NCBI GenBank assembly: GCA_964016885.1
Contig: OZ024747.1
Coordinates: 93,558,001 to 93,622,000 of the forward strand
Source of the DNA: Eledone cirrhosa
Lineage: Eukaryota
Direction of reading: 5' to 3'
DNA length: 64,000 nt
A model generated the notes under the pieces. That model was not told where the DNA came from. It worked only from the letters and a program-made list of their open reading frames with translations, and ran no database searches. The translations under genes and the position numbers were made by a program. Below are positions 54,886 through 64,000 of this stretch, piece after piece. Position 1 is the stretch's first letter. The number at the start of each line of letters is the position of its first letter.

Positions 54886-55754
54886 TGACTGGAGAGAAAT
54901 GCTATCTAAGTTAAAACTAAAACAATGAAAATATATCTAACTATGGGAAAATATATCTAAGAAAGCCATTCATGAACACTTTTGTACACAATTATTTAAC
55001 AGTCTACAATTCAATATTATCTTCTGGTATTTTCTTAAATAATCAAGTCAGCCACACACTAAACATGGACTGAGATTCATGCCTTGACATGGTGATAGCA
55101 CCAAAGTTTGGCACAGAAAGTGGCAACACAATTCAAACCCCAGGAAATGAAAGAAAACACACTCGTGGCATAACACAAGAGGACTTAAGTTACACTGAAG
55201 TTGGAGTGAAATGAATTGTGTTTTACAACATTGATAGATATGACAAAAGTTAAAACAAGTTGAGAGAGAAGACAAGAAAAATCAGCCATAAATATTACAA
55301 ATAAAACAAATTGAACTTCCATTGGCTGGACAGAGACATAAAATATTGGTGTATTTTAAAATCAGGGTAGGAATGATGAATACAGGAGACAAAAAGATAA
55401 CTAACAGAGTAAGAAGAGTCTTGTTACAAGGAAAATATAGTTTTAATATTAAAAATTCATGAACTTGTTTTTGAGATTAATTTTGTTAAGAGATGGAATG
55501 TCCTTATTGATTGTTATTTGATAAGTATAAACAAAGTAGATACCTCTCTCAGTTATTTCCTAAATCTGATTAACAATAATACAACTGTTGGTTTATATAT
55601 ATTGATACAGTATAAATGCTCACAGTATAACAGTCGGTCACAGTTCAAAATTTTGATAGATGTACCATACAATTATATTTAATTTTAACATGATATAACC
55701 TCCACAGATATAAAACAAAGAACAGATTATAATCGTGTATACAACTGAAAATAC

Positions 55755-55950
55755 CACTAGATGTTGAAGAGTGAATATGACCAGATGTAAAACAATGAAT
55801 GCCACCAGATGGAGAACAATGAATGCCACCATATGTAGAACAATGAATGTCACTAGATGTAGGACAACGAATGCCACCAGATGTAGGACAACAAATGCCA
55901 CCAGATGTAGACAATGAATGTCATCAGATGTAGAACAACGAATGCCACCA
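55755..55950 (+). repeat. About 24-bp minisatellite (CCAGATGTAGGACAACGAATGCCA)
   Basis: About 7-8 diverged tandem units. Confidence 0.85.
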
Positions 55951-58900
55951 AATACACAATAGAGAGTACTACCAGCTGTACAACACAGTAAATATTATGT
56001 GAAACTCTTTGTTTTACTATGAACAATAATGCCCTATTTAACCAAAGCGATTTCAAGTTTAAATTATATGACATGATATTTTACACTGCTTGCGTACAGC
56101 AGAAATGAATAAAGTAGGAAATGGAAAAGGCAAAGTTTATGGAACTGATTTAGATATTCTAAATTGTTTTTGTTTTTTATAGCCATCATGAACTTACCCC
56201 TTCCCCATAGGGTCCTACACAAGAGAGAGAGAGAGAGGTGATAGTTATGCGCAGATCAGCTGACTCTAAGTCATCTCTCAGGAAAAATCATTAACATAAG
56301 ATTTAACATTGGATAGTTCATCAGAAATTGTTGAGATTCTTATTATTTTGTTATGTTTAGAAAGTATATGCAGTTTAGAGAACAGCTGTAGTAAAGCTAA
56401 ACATCAACAGAGCACATATATTGCTCTCGAGATTTTCTAAAAGTTATCAGTGATACCAAATATTAATGAGCATTATTAGATCATTCAACTTAAATTAGCA
56501 ATCTATAAAAAAACATGCTGATGTTGGTGAACAACAGGGTCCTCTGCTGAGACTGATCTTTCTATCCTGCCTTCTCAATCAGAACACAATTAACTGAAAC
56601 AAGAAATCAAATATTTCATATCAAGTTACAATGGTTGGATGCTAAATATGAAGGAAAGTTTGACTAAAATGATTTTACTACTGTAAAAAATGGGTTGGTT
56701 TCGTCACAGGAGCTTGAGATTTGTGCCAGAAGTCACAATCCTGACACTAACACCAGTTATATTAGCTACAGATTATAAAATTAACTAGCAATTTTCCAAC
56801 ATACAGGGAACAAAGAGGTACTTTAAGCAGAATTTTAAAAAAAATAGAAATACCCCGAGTCCAAGATATAAATAAGAGTCTGGATTGTGGACGGAAGATT
56901 CAGTTATTGTGATGACTACTGAAAAAGTATTAATTTTTGGCAAGGATTTCTAAAATAGCTAATGCATTAGTGCAATGTAGTTTGATGGCAAGATATGAAA
57001 CACTGGCACGGAGAATGATGCAGAGAACATAGTTCTCCTAATACTTTTCTACATAAGCTTGTCATTCTTTTTCTCATTTTTTGAGTAATCACATATGAAG
57101 TAGAGACCAAGTGCTGCTCAATGATTTAGGTGTACAGTATGTGGCGTCTGGTCAACAATAATTATGACATGAGGTTCATCCAAGTTAGGAGGAGATCCAC
57201 ATTAAAAGAAAATATTTATTAACTATGAACAATACCAATTTGTCGTGAGGAAAAATAATAGTTAATTAAATCTACTCTATTACACTACTGATAATTATTT
57301 TATTAATCTCATAAGAATGAAAGATAATTGTTGACCGTGGCAGGATTTGAATTTGTACCCAAGAGAGATGAAACTAAAATACATTATCTTGACATTCTAC
57401 TGTTTCAGCAATTTCCATTGTTTCCACATTAAAAAATAAATGTGATTTCTTTCTGATGAGGGGCAAGACTCTTTTTTTTCGTTTACTAACATGGCCTCGG
57501 ACAGACTAACGCACCAACTCGACCAGCTCTGCCTTACAACCCCACAGCACATCTCCCTCACCATCCTCCGGGGAAACGCCTTCTCTATTCTGTTTTCTGG
57601 GGCTGCCGGACAGCCAGTGCATGGGACCCCATTTGCTCACAATAGTGAAAGATGGGGAGGCTGGAAGAGACTGAGGCAATGACAGTGGGAGTTTGATTCC
57701 TCTGCGTTCGGACCTGATGTACATGTGTGTATAATTTTACACCAATACTTATTTTTAAGTAGTATTGATTCTGTTTTACTAATTGTAGTACCAACAATAG
57801 AGATTAGTATATTTTATTAAGAAATTTATCTTAATATAAAAACTATCTTTGTCAAAGGATAATAGTAAAATACAGCTTCAGATCATGAAATTATTCAGCA
57901 ACAAAATAGGACTTTAATAAAGTAATCCTCTACCCTATTAGCATCAATAGCTGAAACAATAACTGGGACTAAACCCAACTAGCTTTCGTTAAATTTATAA
58001 CTGCTACTGTTAAAGCCATAACCTGATTCTTCAAATCTTTGACAGTGTTGTTAGTTTTGAATAATCATGGTCAGTTTTTCTGAGTAAACATATACCAGGG
58101 AAACAGCCAACAAAGCAAAGCATTTAACTGGTGTTTCCAGCCATGGTCACTTCATCTTTATTTTGGACAAGTATCACAAAAATAGGACAAAAAATATATT
58201 GTCCCAATTTTAAAAAGACAGTAGGAAATATGCTGAAGGAAATTTGGTTGTTATATTGAGCAGGTCAAGCAACAGTGGATATGATTTGCTCTAGAGTTAA
58301 ATAGAACTTGCAAAAAACTTCTGCTTTGACACCCCCATGTGTTCTGATGTCTAACTAATAATCTGCTTAATGATTTAAGTTACAAATGCAGCCAGTAGCC
58401 TATAAGGTAATCCAACCACAGAAACCATGCCAAATATGGAACATATGCACAAAATGAGGCCACTCCAACCTGTCTAGTCTCGAACTGTGATAACCTGTCC
58501 AACCCATGCCAGTGTGGAAAGTGGTGATGATGATGGTGATGATGATGCACAGAACAAACAGGTTCCCATGGAAAAATAAAAGCTTGTTGATATACAAAAC
58601 TTTTACCGTATAATTACTTTCCATCCTAATGAAATCTTTAGTATCACTTGCCCATATTCTAGAGAATTCTTTTTGTCTTTTCTCTTGTGACAAGTCTACA
58701 AAATGGACATCAATCCCATTAAAATATACAAGCACTTATCAAATCTACAAAGACATAGAGAGAAAATATCATAAATAAATATTTATATTAGCAAACAACA
58801 CACTACTAAATATTTGTTTGATTTTTTTCGAAAAACTACAATAGACTAATTTATACCATTTTCTACTCAAAGCACTAAACAAAAAAAAAATCAACAGTAG

Positions 58901-59470
58901 TTGATATAATAGTTCACATAAAACTCAATCCTTTAGCATTCAAACCAGCCATATCCGGCCAGAACTCTCTCACCTCACCCCTTTCTGTTCAAACCAGCTG
59001 TAATTGGTCGCTCATACCTACATTAAGGTATTGTTCTCAAAATAAATATCAAAATCTTTTAGATTTGATATTACGTGAGATAACTATGTAAGATAAAGCC
59101 TTTACTGTGAAAATACAATAGTAAATACAGAGTAATGTAAATGCTAAAGGGTTAAGCTAGTTAAGTTAGTTATAGAAGCAAATTTATGTCAAAATATTCA
59201 AAAAATTCGGAAGAATGAAAAAAATGATTTATAAAGAAAATAGGAAATGAAAACATAGAATATATGTTAGAAAATATATTCAAACATTCTAATTCTCGCT
59301 CACAAGAAAATATATCCATATATGATATATTATTTTTTGTAAATTCCATTTAGGTACACTTCAACTTGTGAAATTTAAGGTCACTACTTTCAAATTTCAT
59401 TCTAGAAGTGATTTTTATATATATATATATATAAAGCAAGTCTGTTCTGAAACAGCGAGTGAAGTTTGAA

Positions 59471-59638
59471 ATTTGATAGAAATAGAAGCTTTCGCTGTAT
59501 AATTGACTAAAGAAATTTTTTAGCCTGATAATGGGGTTTAAAACTCTTTTCCAGTTTTAGAGGGTTTTAAACTCCACTATCAGGCTAAAGAAATTTCTTT
59601 AGTCAAAAATATGGCGAAAGCTTCTATTTCTAACAAAT
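59471..59638. repeat. 168-bp palindrome (Penelope-like foldback)
   Basis: Arms are reverse complements around a short loop at about 59555. Confidence 0.8.
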
Positions 59639-59649
59639 ATATATATATA

Positions 59650-59848
59650 AAATGAAGAAAGTGTGGTAAGGAATCAGGAGGACCATAACGCACCAGAGTA
59701 CTCGATAATTTGGGTAGTAGAGTGGGTAATAGGAAAAGAAACAGAACCCCGACGCCAGAGCTCAAGCCGTTTCGACAGCTATTTCTAGACTGAAATAGCT
59801 GTCGAAACAGCTTGAGCTCCGCCGTCGGGGTTCTGACTCTTTTCCTAT
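59650..59848. repeat. Palindromic element, family A (reverse orientation to 12017)
   Basis: Palindrome 59729-59848 plus the shared tail. Confidence 0.8.
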
Positions 59849-60212
59849 ATATATATATATATATATATATAGTAATAATAATAAATTTGAAGACTAAAAT
59901 CCAAAGAGGGCTCGATAAGGATAAATATATATCAACCGTAGAGCAAATATTTATTAAAATAACAGATTAAAGTTTAAGCAAAGAATCGCTGCTTCTGGTA
60001 CATATGCTTTTGGTTATGTGTATACGTGAGTTTTGCGTCTGTGTGAGTATGCGGGTTCGTACGTATGTAGGGTGTGTGTATATGTGTACTTCGTGTTTTG
60101 GTTGACGTACGTCTTTGAACATAAGTGTATTTACATGTAGGTATGTCTGCGCTTGTTATATACGTATTTATTTATATATGTTTATTTAATTATATGTATA
60201 CACGCACGCACG

Positions 60213-60259
<47 letters not shown>

Positions 60260-61343
60260 TTATGTGTATTTGGTGAATACATTCGTATGTGTGCGGGTGC
60301 AGGCGTTGCGTGGGTTCTGTATCTGCATGCGTTTTTTGGGGGGGAGGGGGGGGGGGGGGTGTACGTGCGTGTATTTGTATACTTATGGCGAGTGTTTTCG
60401 CGTATGCTTGTGTATGTACGTATATGGATGTGTGTATGTATTTATTTAATTTCAATTACCTCTGTATTTACTTTACTTTATTCTTAACACTGAAGCTGAG
60501 AATCATTCAGTTTCCTAGTTAGAATTTTAGTCTACGACTTCAGTTATACCATTTACGTGGTTTTGTCTTTGCATGCAATTGTTCTCCCCGCTCCACATAT
60601 GATGTATTATCTTCGGTTTTTCTGTTCGTTGCCAGAGAATGTCTCTATGAACCACTTAATAGAATATTAGTCTACGACTTCTTTTATACCATAAACGTGG
60701 TTTTGTCTTTGCGTGTAATTGTTTTTCACCGCTCCAAATAATGATGTATTATATTCGTTTTTTCCCATTCTTTGCCAGGGAACGTTTCCACGAACCAAAG
60801 TATTGTCTTCCTGTCTTCCTCCGGTTGCAACTTTTTTTTAATATTCACTTCTGTGTACACAGATTGACTTCGTTAGTTTCAGAAGATCCCGTTAAGGGTG
60901 GAAGCAGCGATTCTTTGCTTAAACTTTAATCTGTTATTTTAATAAATATATATATATATACACACACACACACATACATACATATATTAATTAAATAGTT
61001 ATTTGTCTCTAATAGACATCTCAATGAATGGATAATATTGGTTGTTCCAATGATTTGAAATAGCAAGTATTGTTTCTTTATTCTAGAAACCATGGTAGGG
61101 AGATGATTATATGAGTTAGACTAACATTTTAGTTGGTCTGACTCATACTCCCCTAAATAGGTTTAATGTTATATATATATATATATATGTCTAACCCATG
61201 CTAGCGTGGAAGATGGACGTTAAACGAAGATGATGATGATATATATATATATGCGCATCCATGCATCTACACCAGCATGTTCTCAGCCCACGGGCTGGAA
61301 TAAGTAAAAGAGTGAGTGAGTGTGTGTGTGTGTGTGTGAAAAA

Positions 61344-61418
<75 letters not shown>

Positions 61419-62031
61419 GTATCAGCAGAAAATTCACACAGAAAAAGAGTTACATAAGATAAACAGAGAACTACATCTCTACCTCATCAGCCATCTGCTG
61501 GCATGTAATTTCACACAATAACATATCACATTTGTAATGCCAGTTTACACTACAGATTGGAGAACTGCTGTTGGTAAGATGCATGAGAGACAATATCACA
61601 ACAGAAAATGGACAGGAAAATGGACAACTGCCTTTCAACAAAACAGAGATAAATACATAAAAAATATTGCAACTAGAAATAAATAGACACTAAACTTACA
61701 ATAGAATTAACACAAAAAGCATCGCAAAATGTACAACAAATTAACGCTGGAAAAAGGAATGTGGTTGGCTGGCAGAGACTAGGTTCTGCTCCCTACCGGT
61801 TCTAAGGAATGAAAGAGAGAGAAATTGGCAGAATAAGAGAGGAAAGAAAAAGCCGAATGAATGATAGTGAGAGTGAAAGAGAGGACAGGACATAGGTTGA
61901 GGAGGAATAAATAAAAAGAAGTGAGTTAAAAATCACACAAATAAAGACAGAGCAGTTTATCAAGAGAAAGCATGAGGCATTTGTACATATAGTGTCAGCA
62001 GAGAATGCACACAGAAAATTAAATTACATAA

Positions 62032-62067
<36 letters not shown>

Positions 62068-62097
62068 TACACACACACATATCAATATATATATTTA

Positions 62098-62235
62098 TAT
62101 AGAGAAATTTACAAAATTATTACTTAAAACCTCACAATCCAGAAGAGTGAGAATAACATTTATTGCAATAAATATTATTCCTACTCTTTTGGATTGGGAT
62201 CTTTGAAATAATAATTTTGTAAATTTCTATATATA
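62098..62235. repeat. Imperfect palindrome centred on TTATTGCAATAA
   Basis: Arms GAAATTTACAAAATTATT...AATAATTTTGTAAATTTC. Confidence 0.7.
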
Positions 62236-62385
62236 CTCTGTAAATTATTACACTTGGAAACTTTAGTGGAACTACCACAGAATTTACCAAATGAAATAAT
62301 TTGACCGTTGAGTAAAACATGGTCTCTGATTCTTGTTTCATAATTAAATTAATTGATTACTCTAACAGAAACTGAATAATGCTAT

Positions 62386-62512
<127 letters not shown>

Positions 62513-63199
62513 GAGAGGTATGTATATAAGGATTTTCCAAGTCGAGTATTGCTAGGTACCCCACAAAAATTATTGATATTTCAAAAATTAATTGAAACAT
62601 AAGCAGTGTATTTTTGTTAGAAATAGCGTCAAGAAAGGTTCAAGAAAAACTGGTAAACAAAATAGTTAAAACCCTCAGTCAGCTCTGATCAAGCAAGATT
62701 TATGATCAAGGATACTCCAGCCATGACCATCCTGTTTTGTTTAGTTGTTGTTTTATTTTTTTTTTTTGGGGGGGGGGGGGCAGATGTAGGATTTCTAGGA
62801 CTACATTATGCAATGTGTCCTTCATTTTTTTTAAAACAATGGGTTGTGAAGTGAGGGCAATTTGGAGCTTGTCTTTTGTTGGTTTTCTTCCAGCAGAGTG
62901 AATAACCATGTGGAAGTTTCTTCGTTGGTTATTTTGATACTTGTTTCAAAAAGGGTGGGGATTTTTTTTTTTTATCAATTTATTTTTTTTGGGGGGGGGG
63001 GGGGGGGGTATGCAGAGAAAAACATGTTATGAAGACCCCCGGTAAGAAGTAAACAAAAATTTCTTATACATTGATATGATGCCTGAGATGTATCCAAGAA
63101 AGGAAACTAAGTAGGTATAAGATAAATGGCATTAGATATGGAAGCAAAAAGGCTCTAACTGGGAAATTGTAATAGGATCACAGACTCAGTTTGCCAAGC

Positions 63200-63290
63200 G
63201 CTTACATGCCCATTGCATTTAAGGCTTACATGCCCACTGCATTTAAATCTTACATGCTCATTGCATTTAAGGCTTACATGCTCATTGCAT
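63200..63290 (+). repeat. 24-bp tandem repeat x4 (CTTACATGCCCATTGCATTTAAGG)
   Basis: Directly visible. Confidence 0.85.
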
Positions 63291-64000
63291 CTAAGTAATA
63301 TTACTAATATTATTAATGTATGATTGTTGTTGTTGTTGTTATTATTATCTCTAACTCTAGCAAAAGACCACTAAGTGTTTGAAAGTGGTGTTGTTGTTTA
63401 GCCGTAGCTCAGCCCTGATCAAGCAGACCTAGGACTAAAGGCATTCCAGCAATGTTTTACAGGTAAAATGTATCTCAAACAAGATTATCCAATGTGTGAT
63501 TTAAGTGACACCTGGATACCTTTTCTAGCAAGTAGGTCAAGTAACTATAGCGCAGTCAAATTTGTGTGGTGGGCCTTAAACGCAACCCACTTGAACACCA
63601 TCAATTGATCCTTCAACAGATGCCTTTAACAGATTTCACTCTGTTGCAAGCATCTTGACCAAATCCCTTGTTTCATTCCTGTCCATTGTTTTTCCTGTAG
63701 ATATTCAGGCCTGGAATCAACCATATCAATAACACATGTCTGGGAGGGGCTACAAAGGCCATGGGCCCAACCCCTCCACCTCTGATTAACTTACAAAACA
63801 AACTAAACCCTACCCTAACTCGCTTCTCGAGTGGTAGTTATTTTATCAAGCTCAGAAGGATGAAAATCAAAGTCAATTTCAATAAGATTTGAATTCAGAA
63901 CACGGAGAAGGTGAGTGTGTGTGGGGGTCCTTATAGAAATGTTTCTATACCATCTAGACTCTCACTACGAGACGTCTTAATGCTTTCATAACTGTACACT

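Noticed and set aside
55638-55960. Regularly spaced repeats that could suggest a CRISPR array or a hydrophobic repeat protein
   Set aside because: Contiguous minisatellite without unique spacers, in a eukaryotic context with no cas genes.

Overview
Eukaryotic, AT-rich, microsatellite-laden animal genomic DNA. The repeat content (abundant (AT)n, tRNA-derived SINEs, RTE LINEs with (GAT)n tails) suggests an octopus/cephalopod, which is an inference. One host gene can be assembled by hand on the + strand from 18 phase-compatible GT-AG exons (1069..41160, about 668 aa). It encodes a secreted reprolysin (M12B) ADAMTS-like metalloprotease: signal peptide, prodomain, catalytic domain, ADAMTS Cys-rich/disintegrin-like domain and three 6-Cys PLAC-like modules, with no TSP1 repeats seen. 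Its zinc motif is atypical (HELAHNLGVTDHD). The introns and downstream DNA hold many mobile elements: a very young, complete Ty3/Gypsy element (near-identical LTRs, 5-bp TSD, slippery site plus predicted pseudoknot), a Tc1 pseudogene nested in foldback elements, an internally deleted Tx1/L1-type LINE sitting in a (GATA)n tract, RTE and CR1-like LINE relics, Helitron-like elements, piggyBac/Tc1-type MITEs and SINEs. There are also many Penelope-like palindromic elements, some with minimal hammerhead-ribozyme motifs. All coordinates were read by eye and no database search was run.
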